DNA of 64,000 nucleotides from Chiloscyllium plagiosum. Taxonomy: Eukaryota. The position numbers and the translations under genes are program-made. The stretch's first letter is position 1. Each line of letters begins with the position of its first letter. This document shows positions 51,493 to 63,100 of this stretch, one piece after another. Where the stretch lies: positions 88,343,993 through 88,407,992 of the forward strand of contig NC_057719.1 in assembly GCF_004010195.1 (NCBI RefSeq). The letters run 5' to 3'. Below the pieces are notes generated by a model. It was not told the DNA's origin, did not search any database, and saw only the letters and a program-made list of their open reading frames with translations.

Positions 51493-51844
51493 CACCTTGC
51501 ATGACCTCCTTGGCCCTAACCACCTCCTCTTCATATTAGCTGTCTAGCCCCTTTACAACCCAGCCAGAACAGTGCGAGAGCCCCCCCACATCTCTCATGT
51601 CCCCGGCTCCAGCTAGTGCCTACCTCTTAGCAACCTCTCACATTGGTCAATTTCTCAGGGGCTTGCTTGCTGCCTCATAACACCAGAGATCCACTCTCAA
51701 GCGACTGTGTGGTGTTTTCACTTTCTCCCCATGTCTGCATGGGTTCCTCTGATTTCCTCTCTTAGGCAAAAGGTGGATTGTTAGGTTAGGTGGATTGGCC
51801 ATTCTGAATTGTCCATAGTGCCTAGGGATGTGTAAGCGAGGTAA

Positions 51845-52114
51845 TCATGATTTGGAGATGCCAGTGTTGGACTGGGGTGTACAAAGTTAAAAATCATACA
51901 ACACCAGGTTATAGTCCAACAGTTTTAATTGGAAGCACTAGCTTTCGGAGCGCTGCTCCTTCATCAGGTGATTGTGGAGCATAAGGTTGTACAATTTATT
52001 GCTGTAAGCGTTTGCTATAAATTCTGTGTCTTACAATCTTATACTTCACAACCACTGAAGGAGCACTGCTCTGAAAGCTAGTGTACTATAACCTGGTGTT
52101 GTGTGATTTTTAAC
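51845..52114. mobile_element. Fold-back Penelope-like mini element (GGAG-stem family) inserted in an HE1-like SINE
   Basis: TSD taagc(g/t)aggtaa at 51833-51844 and 52115-52126; inverted gttaaaaatcatacaacaccaggttatagt ends. Confidence 0.8.
51936..51970 (-). ncRNA. Minimal hammerhead ribozyme, core intact, sense to the CRIP pre-mRNA
   Basis: CAC CUGAUGA A GGAGC-AGC-GCUCC GAAA GCUA GUG; palindromic AGCU stem III, CUA triplet. Confidence 0.75.
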
Positions 52115-53184
52115 TAAGCTAGGTAAATTAGCCATGAGAAATGCTTGGTCACAGGGATTCGGTGGGGGTGGGGGTAGATGGTGGTGATGGCGTATCTGGG
52201 TGGGATGTACTTTGGAGGGTCGGTGTGGACTCGATGGGCTGAATGGCCTGCTTCCAAACTGTAGGGATTCTCTGACTGGATAAATCTGACCTTCCATCTC
52301 TTGCCCAGACTGAAAAAACGACTATCACCTTGTTTCAAATCTGCACAATCCTCTCACTCTTTCCTGATCAATCTCTCTGACCCCTCTGCATCTCTGGAAA
52401 TGGCCTATCAGGGAAACCTTTACTCCGAACCCACTGAAACCCACAGCTACAGTTTCTCATACGCCACTTTGTGAAAGGACTCTTTATCCTAATTTCTGTA
52501 TCTGCAACACATTTGTTCAGACTTGGCTCAGTTGGCTGGTTACTGATTTATGGTGCAGAATGATGCCATCAGTGTGGATTCAATTCTCACACCGGTTGAG
52601 GTTATCATGAAGGACTCTTTTTCTCAACCTCTCCCCTCGCCTGAGGCATGGTGACTCTCTGGTTAAACTCATCACCAGCTGTCCCTCTCAAATGAGAGCA
52701 GCCATATAGTGTAGTAAGACTATGACGACTTTACCTAACTATCCTGATACATCCTCCCTTTCGTATTGACAAAGGATTCTATCCCACCTGGGCTTATTAT
52801 ACCCCATTCTATTTCCCACCTTTCATCTCTCACCTTTTCTCCTCCCTCTGTCCATTACAGGGTTCCCCTTATCCTCACTTCCTTCCGTTTCCATTGTCAA
52901 TCCTCTGCCATTTGTGTCTTCTCTGGTGTGATGCCATTGCCACTTCTCTCCTGAAGAGACCACTTCCTCTCTGTCTTGCCTTAATCCACTCCACAGTCAC
53001 CTCCCAGTCTGGCCATAACTCCTTCCTAGACCTACAGCAAGGCATGTAACCCCTTCACCAGCGACTACAGCATTTCATTTAAGTGAAACAGTAATTTATT
53101 TGTACTTGTTTCAAGTTGATTCACTGTATTGGCAGATTGTGGTCCAGTATATTGACAAAGACCCAGCAGAGGCAGGAAAGACAG

Positions 53185-54035
53185 AGTCATAGCATCGTAG
53201 AACACAAACAAATCCTTCGGTCCAGCTCGTCCATGCCAACCAGATTTCCTAAACTGAACTAGCTCCATTTGCCTGCGTTTCACTCATATTCATCTACCTG
53301 TCCAAAAGTCTTTTAAATGTTGGAATTTCACCTGCGTCTACCACTTCCTATGGAAGCTTTTTGCAATACAAACCATCCTGTGTGAAAAAAGTTGCCCCTC
53401 AGGTCCCTTGTAAACTTTCCCCTTTCACCTTAAAATTATGTCCCCTAGTTTTGAACTGCCCTACCATAGGGAAAAGACCTTAGCTATTCAGCTTATCTAT
53501 ATCCCTCATGATTTTATACACCTCAATCCCTTCATCTCCACTGAAAAGAATCCCAGCCTATCCTTATAACTCAGACCCTCTGTTCTTGGCAGTATCCTGG
53601 TAAATGTTTTTTGAACCCTCTTCAGCTTAATAATATCCTTCACATAACAGGACAACTAGAACTAGGCCTCGTACTCCAGGAGAGACGTCACCAATATCCT
53701 ATACAAGAACATTGAACAGTACAGCACAGGAACCAAACAAGACACCAAATTAAACCAATCCCTTCTCTGAATGCCTTTGGACCATATCCCTCCATTCCTT
53801 GCATATCCATGAGCTTACCTACAAGTCCCTTAAATGCCCCTATCATATCTGCCTCCACAATCATTCTGGGAGTGCTTTTCAGACTCCTACCACTCTGCAT
53901 AAAAAAAACTTGCCCCTCACATCTCCTTTGAACTTTCCACCCGTTACCTTAAATATATGCCTCCTAGTTTTAGGCATTTCAACTCTGGAAAAAAGATTCT
54001 GACAGTCAATCCAATCTATGCATCTCATAATTTTT
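53185..54035 (-). mobile_element. Two adjacent CR1 3' fragments
   Basis: CR1 3' UTR motifs; IVEADMIGAFKGL...MEGYG remnant. Confidence 0.75.
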
Positions 54036-54057
54036 ATAGATGTAAGGTTAAAGAAGC

Positions 54058-54600
54058 AAAAAAATGGAAAGAACTGTGAATACTGGAAATCAGAAACAAA
54101 TATTGCTGGAAAAACTCAGCAGGTCTGGCAGGATCTTTGGAGAGGGAGAAACAGAGTTAATGTTTCCAGCCCAGTGATCCTTCTTCAGAACTGATGGTAG
54201 CTAGGTACACTGTATATGCTGAAGATAGGGATGAGGAGTAAACAATAGGTGGAACTGAGAGAGAAAAAGAGAGAAAAGACATCTGGACAAACAAAGGAAT
54301 GAATAAAGGTCAACCCAGGAAAATGCCCAGCTGCTAATGGGGACAATTAGTGGCTAACAATGGATTGTTTGTGGTAGCAGCATGTGTGATGACAAGGCCT
54401 GGTGTGTGTGGGGGGTGGGGGTAAGATCTTTAGAGAAGGTGCTCAGGGCCTAAAATTATTGAACTCGACATTGAGCTCTAAAGCTGTCGAGTTCCCAAGT
54501 GGAACATGAGATTTTGTTCTTCCAGCTTGTGCTGAGGTTCGCTGGTGCACTGCAGCAAGCCCGAGCCAGACATGTTTGCCAAAGAGTGCAGTGGTGTGAC
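54058..54600 (-). mobile_element. Old Penelope-like 3' end with GIY-YIG C-terminal remnant and decayed hammerhead
   Basis: Minus strand AQHKLEEQNLMFHLGT; uuCUGAAGAAggaucacugggcugGAAAcauuaac at about 54157-54190. Confidence 0.65.
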
Positions 54601-55387
54601 AAAGTGGTTAAAGAAATGGTGGCTCTTTACCTGAGAGGGATGGGAGAAGAAGGGCCGGAGACCAGACTGGAGCTGTGGTTAGGCCTGATCACGAAACGGT
54701 GTTCAGTTCTTGGCACTGCATTTTCAATGGGGACCTTGGTGATGGCTCTCCACTCCCTGGCAGATGGTGAGACGACAGAAATGGCCCTGGAGACAAACCC
54801 TTTCCCCCTTCTTGGCATATCAGCAAGAAAGAACCAGGTGAGAAGATTTATTTGTCCCCTCATTTACAAAGCTGATAAATCTTATGGTCACTTGAGGGTC
54901 ATGACTCACCTCCATTTGCCCCAATTCGGGGAAAATCAGTGCTACAGATTAAGCATGGAGGGGTGGTGGTGGTGGTCCTTGCCTCTGACCCTCTGTTTGC
55001 CCAGTGTCCTCTCCATCCATTTTACCACAGGATGGGGTCGAATGACCTCCTCCTAATACTAAGTGCCTTTTCCTTCTTTAATTATTTTAAACAGTAGTGC
55101 ATGCTGACAGAGTAACTGTCACCATCCCCACAATAACCGCCCAAGATTTCTTTTTGTTTTAAAAATAATCGATGTTTACTTAAAAGTTAAAATATTGTGC
55201 CAGGATTTAGTCACCCGTCTTCTAAGAATAGAAGCAGACGCACAGTGTAGAAGGTGGAACGGCAGTGAAATCCACCAGAAATAATGGCAGGAAATAAGGA
55301 ACTACAGTCGATAACGCTCGAGATTCTACCACTCCCTTGCTATGGAGGGTGTGAATGAGAGTTAAATCAACAGCTCACATCCTGCAA

Positions 55388-55652
55388 CAGAGACAGAGAT
55401 ATACAGGTGGGGGGAGAGAGAGAGAGAGACAGAGATAGAGAAAGAAAGAGACTGTGAGACAGAGGTATGGAGACAGTAACAGAAATAAGAGAGACAGTGA
55501 CAGAGAAAGAGGCAGACACACACAGACACAGAGACAGAGAAAGAGAAACAGAGAGACAGAAAGAGAGAAACAAAGACCGATAGACAGAGAGAATCACAGA
55601 GACAGAGGCAGAGAGAGACAGACAGAGAGAAAGAGACAGAAACAGAGAGAGA
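55388..55652. repeat. (GA/GACA)-rich low-complexity tract
   Basis: Direct inspection. Confidence 0.9.
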
Positions 55653-55815
55653 TGTGGCGCAGGCACAGTCTGATCCCACCCTGGGCCTGTGGGATAGGAT
55701 TGCTGCGGGAGCTCACTGGGAGAGTGAATCCAAATTGGTTTTGCCCCAGCCTATTTAGTGTCTCCCTATAGTTCATGTGCTCCCCCAACACAGCCACAGT
55801 CATGGGAGCTATCAC

Positions 55816-55857
<42 letters not shown>

Positions 55858-56309
55858 AGAAGGTACACCCCAACTCCCTGCTCACATGTTTGTTCCCACT
55901 GAGTTATTAACTGGGAGAGAAGAGAGAGACATACATTTCCCTAGCACCAGTCACATCCTCAATACTCCCCCACTGCTGCCAAAGTTGAGTACCACCACCC
56001 TATGAATATCTTTGAGAAGTGTAGACTCTGCTGTGATGAAGGAGATTAGCCAGCAACCCGAACTTCTAGAAACTGCAAAGTGAGTCGACCAATCAGTTTT
56101 AAGACATAGATAAACTTTCAGCCAGGGAACCATGATTCATCCTGGTCCGATCTGCAAAGGACAGCAGAGGTCTTCGTCTCATTTCCCTTCAGGGGAGCAG
56201 CACTCCCTGGATATGGAAATCTCACCCGGAATTGTAGGTTGGAGACCACCCGCCCTCTGAACGGCACTCAAACCAACAACCACCTCATTCAGAGACAAAG
56301 AGGGCTGAA

Positions 56310-56935
56310 ATGGTGTCATAGGTAGACAGGGCAGTGAAGGCATTTGGAATGCTTGCCTTCATTAGTCAGAACACTGAGTATAGAAGTTGGGACATCATGT
56401 TGCAGCTGTACAGGACATTGGTAAGGCCACATTTGGAATATCTTGTTCAGTTCTAGCCACCCTGTTATAGAAAGGATGTTATTAAGCCAGAAAGGGTGTA
56501 AAAAAGACTGACAAGGATGTCATGGAAACTAGACGGTTTAAGTTGGATAGTCTGGGACATTTTTGTCCCCTGAAGCGTACAAGACTGAGCATTACCTTCT
56601 AGAGGTTTATAAAATTATGAAGGGGCATAGATAAAGGTGAACAGCCAAGGTCTTTTCCCCAGGGTAAGGGAGTCTAAAACTAGAGGGTATAGGTTTCAGG
56701 TGAGTGGGGAAAGATCATGAAGGGAAACGAGGGGCAACTTTTTCACACAGAGGGTGATGCACGTACCAGAGGAAGTGGGAGAGGTGAGTAAAATTACAAC
56801 ATTTAAAAGACATTAGGACAGGTACACAGATAGGAAGGGTTCAGAGAGATATGGGCCGATCACAGGCAAATGGGATTAGTTCAGGTTAGGAAACATGGTC
56901 AGCATGGACAAGTTAGATCAAAAGGCCTATTTCTC
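56310..56935 (+). mobile_element. CR1 3' fragment
   Basis: [12 protein letters not shown] motif and 3' UTR. Confidence 0.8.
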
Positions 56936-57371
56936 TAAATCCACTCCCAAAGCTATAGCATGGATTGATTTAGCAGGGATGATTCAAATCAGAGGCCAAC
57001 CACAGATAAATAAGTCATTGTGTCCCTCCCAGTCTGCCCACTCAGTAATTGTGAACTGCGGCCTCCACTGATTCATGGAGCCTGAAACCTCAGGCATCCA
57101 TGTTTTTAGAGGAGAGCTGACAAAGGTCAGGGAACTGTCCACTAAGGTTCAGGCCAGATCTCCGGGTCTCTTGTTTGCAGCAATGATAGCTTTCCTTCGA
57201 GAGAAGGAACAGGGAGAGCTCAAGTTGACAAGGAGCTGCTTGACATTACTGAGCAAGCTGACAGGGTCTCAGTGTCTGTATGCAAGGTTTAAATTCTAGG
57301 CTGCAGAGCTTCAAATGGAATATGTAGACATCTGTCAGAATCTGTCAGCACCTCAGAGGGAGAGAGAGAGG

Positions 57372-57407
<36 letters not shown>

Positions 57408-57642
57408 AATATGGCTTGAGTCAAAATCAGCTAGACGTACAAACCTGTACCTTTAATATTTTACTGAGGCGTGTGAACAGACTAGCTTCAGCAAGAGGAC
57501 CATGGAGATAACATTAGAAACATACATGTCAGTATCTGTCTGGTTGGGAGTGTGCCTGTCTGTCCGTCCATCTGTCTGCTTGGGGATGTGTGTGTGTCTG
57601 TCTGTGGGTGTCTCTCTGCATGGGTGTGCGCAGCCTGAAATA

Positions 57643-58690
57643 AGTCACAGAGATCTACAGCACAAAACAGGCTCTTCGGCCCACTGAGACTGTGCCAATC
57701 AAAACAACCATCTAACTATTCTAATCCCATTTTCCAGCACTTGGCCTATAGCCTTGTTTGCCTTGGCATTGATAGTGTACATTAAATATTTCTTCAATGT
57801 TAGGAGGGTTTCTGCCTCACTGTCCCATATGGGCAGAGTGTTCCAGGTTCCCACCACCCTCTGGGTGGGATTTCTTTTCCCTCCCTCCAAACCCTCTGCC
57901 CCTTACCTTAAATCCATGTCCCCTGGTCATTGATCCCTCCATCAAGGGGAAAGGTTTCTTCCTGTCTACTCTGTCCATGCCCCTCTTAATTCTATCCATC
58001 TTAATCATGTCCCCTCTCAATCTCCTCTGCTCTAAGGAGAGCAACCACAGTCTATCGCCTGATGAAGGAGCGACACTCCGAAAGCTAGTGATTAAACCAA
58101 TTAAACCTGTTGGACTATAACCTGGTGTTGTGTGATTTTTAACTTTGTACATCCCAGTCCGACACCAGCATCTCCAAATCATGACAGTCTATCTAATCTC
58201 TCTTCATAACAAACTCTCCAGCCTAGGCACCTCTCCAGTGCAGTCACATCCCTTCTATAATATGGATTCCAGAACTGGACATAATATTCTAACTGTGGCC
58301 TAACCAAGGTTTTATACCAATTCCAGCATTTCCTCCCTGCTCTTAAACTCTATGCCTCGGCTAATAAAGGGAAGTATCACTTTGTGATCATAACCACTTT
58401 GACTGCCTGTCCTGAGATATGTTAAGAGATTGGTGTAAATGCACAGAGTCCGTGTGATCCTCAGTGCTTCCCAGGATTCCACTGTTCATCATGTATACAC
58501 TTGCCTTATTAGTCCTGCCCAAGTGCTTCACCTCACATTTATCCAGACTGAATTCCATATGAACACCAGTCAATATCCTCCTGTAATCTGAGGCGATCCT
58601 CCACACTATTTACCACCCTACCAACTTTTGTATCATCCACAAATTTACTGATCAGCTCTCCTACAATCGAGGCTAAATGATTTACATAAA
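57643..58690 (-). mobile_element. CR1 3' fragment interrupted by a hammerhead mini element
   Basis: SKFVDDTKVG, LRGDMIK and TRGHGFKV motifs. Confidence 0.8.
58057..58183 (+). mobile_element. 127-bp TSD-flanked insertion starting exactly at a hammerhead
   Basis: TSD acagtctatc at 58047-58056 and 58184-58193; AUCGC CUGAUGA A GGAG-CGACA-CUCC GAAA GCUA GUGAU. Confidence 0.85.
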
Positions 58691-59009
58691 GCGCAGGAGG
58701 AGGAGAATCGATAAGGGAGTACACAGTACATAACTCCACTTGTGAGCATGTCTGAAAAGTGGGGTGGCGGGGTATGAATACAAGAAATTCTATTTACTAA
58801 TAAATACTAATACTAACAAATTCGGTCAGGATTGTAGAGAAGCTTCTGAACCCAGAGAATGGTGGGAATGTGGGGCTTACTCCCACATGAGAGTAATGGA
58901 AATTACAAGAAAAGAGCCACTAAGGAGCAACTTGTGAAGTACCTGAGGGAAAATGGAATGGTAGGACGAGGATTTGGGGACTTTGTGGTGCAGTGGTAGT
59001 ATCCCTAGT

Positions 59010-59660
59010 GTCATAGAGCCGTACAGCACAGAAACAGACCATTTGTCCAATCTGTCTATACTGACCACTTTTCGTAAACTGAACTAGTCCCATTTGCATG
59101 CATTTGGTCCATATCCCTTTAAATGATTCCTATCCATGTACCCACCTAAATGTCTTTTAAATGTTGTAATTGTACTCACTTCTACCACTTCCTCTGGCAG
59201 CTCATTCCATACATGCACCACCCTCTACATGAAAAAGGTGCCCTTCAGGGCCCTTTCATATCTTTCCCCTCTCACCTTCTGTTTTGGTCTCCCCTACCCT
59301 AGGAAAAAGACCTTGGCTATTCAACTTATCTATGCTCCTCATGGTTTTATAAACCTCTAGAAGGTCAACCCTCAGTCTCCTATGCTTCCGGGAAATAAGT
59401 CGCAGCCTATCCAGCCTCTCCTTATAACCTCAACTTTCCAGTCTCGATAACATCCTTGTCAATCTTCCTGTGCACCCTTTCCAGTTTAATAACATCCTTC
59501 CTATAGCAGGGCGACCACAATTGTAGGCAATATTCCAAACATGGCCTCACCAATGTCTTATACAACTGCAACATGATGTCCCAACCCCTATACTCAGTGC
59601 TCTGACCAATGAAGGCCAGTGTGCCAAATGCCTTCTTCATCACCCTGTCTACCTGTGACA
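59010..59660 (-). mobile_element. CR1 3' fragment
   Basis: ORF 59422-59661 LYKTLVRPCLEYCLQLWSP. Confidence 0.85.
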
Positions 59661-59890
59661 CCCTTAGTCGAGGCAGTAGGCCTATGTTCCAGATAAAATA
59701 TCGATGATTGCGGGTTAATGAAAGGGGGATTGATGGGAATGTAAATGCTGGACTAGACCAGATGGCACATTGAACGGTTTCTTGCTGAATGTTTTAAATA
59801 ATTTGATCAGTTTTGTAAGTGCAATTGTCCAATGCAGCAGGAGATATTCCCAGGGGCATTCTTAGCTGTAAACACACACGCGCACACACA

Positions 59891-59983
59891 TATTCCTGAT
59901 GAAGGGCTTTTGCTCGAAACATCGATTTCGCTGCTCCTTGGATGCTGCCTGAACTGCTGTGCTCTTCCAGCACCACTAATCCA
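59891..59983 (+). mobile_element. Penelope-like terminus with hammerhead motif
   Basis: AUUC CUGAUGA A GGGC-UUUU-GCUC GAAA CAUC GAUU at 59892-59927. Confidence 0.7.
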
Positions 59984-61356
59984 TATACACAGACTGTCAG
60001 TCTCCACTACACTCACCCACTCCAACAGTCTGCCCTCAACAGCAGTTGTCTGTGCTCCTTAAAACCCGGCTGCATTCCCACCAGCGGAATTTCTTCCAAA
60101 TGCCCACCCACAGCTTCTCTCAGGCACAGCTGGCGGGAACCTAATCCTCCCTGGCGCCTGGGTGTGCCCACTCTGATCAGGGACGTCCACCTGGCTACAC
60201 AGTGCCAAGGGGGTCGGGGGTGTGCATGTGGGGAAACAGGAGAACCGGAACCAATCTAGAGGTTCACTGGGATTAGAGCTCAGATGTAGTGTCCTTTGAC
60301 ACTGTAATCGCTCCTTTTAATGCATGGAGCATGTGGTGTAAGAGACTGTATGGATAAAACAGAGACAGACACACTCCAGGAAAATCCAACAGCAGTTCCT
60401 GTCCTGCATTGCTAAAAATAAAAAAAAAGGTTTTGCTTATTTATCCATTCCTATTCAGTTCCTTTTTTAAAATAAGAATAGTCCCAGCCAAACAGATGGG
60501 GAAAAATACCAGGAAGGCTAATGTTGAACATTAGAACTGTGAACAATCTCCCTATTCATGTGGTCCAGTGGTTATGTTGTTCGACTAATAATCCAGGGAA
60601 TGGGAGCCTGAATCCAGCCCTGGCAGTTTGAAAAGCTGAAGTCAATTTAAATGGAAAATTGTGGAGAATAACACACTGGTATCAGTATCCCACAAAGCTG
60701 TGGCATTGTCTTACAAATAATCCAACTGGGGTTCCACAGTTGACAAAGCTGGTGGCTGTCACGTGATTGGTTTCTCCTGCACTGGTCCAAGTTTAGATCA
60801 GCTTCACAGGTTGTCAATGACATTTAAAAATCTCTATGTCTCCAGACTCCAGTTTGAGGTGATATAGTCGGGACTGATTTGGCTTTCCAGTGGAACTCTT
60901 AATAGCTGACCCCGACAATGGAAAACAGCTAGATCTATAGGCTTCATCTGTTCCTATATGAGCTGCTCCTCTCTCCAGCCTATTCCATCTCTCAGACTCC
61001 TCCCACTTTTATTGTCCCAGCTCATTCCCACTTCCCAGCTCAAGAACGCAAGGAACGACAGAGTTGCGAACGCAGTCCAGTCCACTGTGCAATCCAGCCT
61101 TCCTTCCATGGACTCTGTCTACACCTCCTGCAGCCCAGGAAAGCAGCCAACATAATCAAAGACCCCCCCCAGGGTCTTTATACTCACTTCCAATCTCTTC
61201 CGTCAAGAAGACATAATTGTTTGAACACACATACCAACAGATTTAAGAACAACTTCTTCCTCACTATTATCAGACTTATGAATGGATCTCTCATATATTA
61301 GGGTTGATTTTTCTGTGCTCCTTCTCTGTCGCTGTAACATTATATTCTGCATTCTG

Positions 61357-61499
61357 AGAATCGACGTTTCGGGCATAAGCGCTTCTTCAGGAAGAAGGGC
61401 TTATGCCCGAATCATTGATTCTCCTGCTCCTTGGATGCTGCCTGACCTGCTGCGCTTTTCCAGCAACACATTGCAGGATCTGCAGTCCTCACTTTCTCC
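61357..61499. mobile_element. 143-bp fold-back Penelope-like mini element inside a Rex1/Babar-like tail
   Basis: TSD tattctgcattctg at 61343-61356 and 61500-61513; minus hammerhead CUGAAGA A GCGC-UUAU-GCCC GAAACGUC. Confidence 0.85.
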
Positions 61500-61854
61500 T
61501 ATTCTGCATTCTGTTCTATTACCCTGTTGTACATATGTAAGGTACGATTTGTCTGGATAGCACGCTTTCACTGTACCTCGGTACACATGACAATAATAAA
61601 TCAAATCAAATCCCAATCCCAAACACCTCTCCCCTCCGGCCCATTCACTCTCGCCAATACTCGATCCACAATGATGGACTACCACTCTCTCACAAAGCTT
61701 CTCCCTCCCTCCCTCCTCTCTCCCTCTCTGTTTTACTTGAATGTCGGCCATACTTCCATCTTATCTTAACTGAACAGTAGCACATTCACCAAGTACTCAA
61801 ACATGAATTCAGTTGGTGGATTAGTGTCTGTTAGTGACACACTTCCATTGACTC

Positions 61855-63100
61855 AGAGGGGAAAAATTTAAAAGGAATTTGAGGGGTAACTTTTTCACGC
61901 AGAGGGTGGCGCGTGTATGGAACGAGCTACCAGAGGAAGTAATGGAGGAGGGTACAGTTACAATATTTAAAAGGCATCTGGATGGGTACATGATTAGGAA
62001 GGGTTTAGAGGGATATGGGCCAAATGCTAGCAAATGGGACTAGTTCAGATCGGGATGTCGGGTGGCATGAATGAGTTGGACCGAAGAATCTTTGCTGTAT
62101 GAATCTATGACATTATAAGGGGCCCAAAAACGTTCACAGTATTCCAGCTATGGGCTGACAAGTGCCTTACCTAGTTTTAGTAAAATCTCCCTATTTTTAT
62201 ACTCCATTCCCTTTGAAATAAAGGCCAGCAGTCTGTTTGCCCTCCCATTCTTGTCCTCAATAGGTGGCCCACACAGCCCTGACAAAGCCCAATGAAACCT
62301 ACTGCAGCCCATGAGGCCTCAAGAGTCGAGACATCCCATTTTTCTCCCAATGGTTTCGATCATTTGTGATCCTGATTTCAGCATCTCTTTTAACGTGTCA
62401 GATAAACATTATATTGGTATAACTGGAAAATAGAAGAGTGAAGAGATTGTGACACAGACCAAAGTCCTGGGCTATACTCCAATCTTTGTAGTTACTTATT
62501 AACAATATCATGAGTGACAATTTAACCATCTCAGAAGCACTGGGTTTTATAAATAATGTGTAAAGCATTCACGGTCTCCAAGGGACTGCAGGCAGTAATC
62601 CCAATCCATAGCTCATGCTCAAAATGTTGACTCTCCTGCTCCTCAGATGCTGCCTGACCACTGTGCTTTTTCAGCACCGCACTCTTGACTCTTATCTCCA
62701 ACATCTGACACCCTCACTTTCTCCATTCCATAATCCAGTCAACATTTTTCACTGGAGTATCTGAAGGTGATCTTATAAAATCACGAGGGGCATAGGTAAA
62801 GTAAATAGCAAAGGTTTATCCCCCAGCATAGGGGAGTCCAAACCTAGATGGGTTAAGGTGAGGGGGGAAAGATTTAAAAAGGAACCTGGAAGGCGATGCA
62901 TATATGGAACAAGCTGCCAGAGGAAGTAGTGGAGACAGGTACCATTACAACATTTGAAAGACATTTGGAAAGGTATGTGGATAGGAAGGACTTAGAGATA
63001 TAGGCCGAATGATGGCAAATGGGACTAGTTCAGTTTAGGAAATCTGGTCAGCATGGGACGAGTTGGGCTGAAAGATCTGTTTCCGTGCTGTACGACTCTA
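61855..63100 (+). mobile_element. Two CR1 3' ends (61855-62110, 62750-63100) and a decayed Penelope-like terminus (62610-62725)
   Basis: [17 protein letters not shown] and 3' UTR motifs. Confidence 0.75.
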
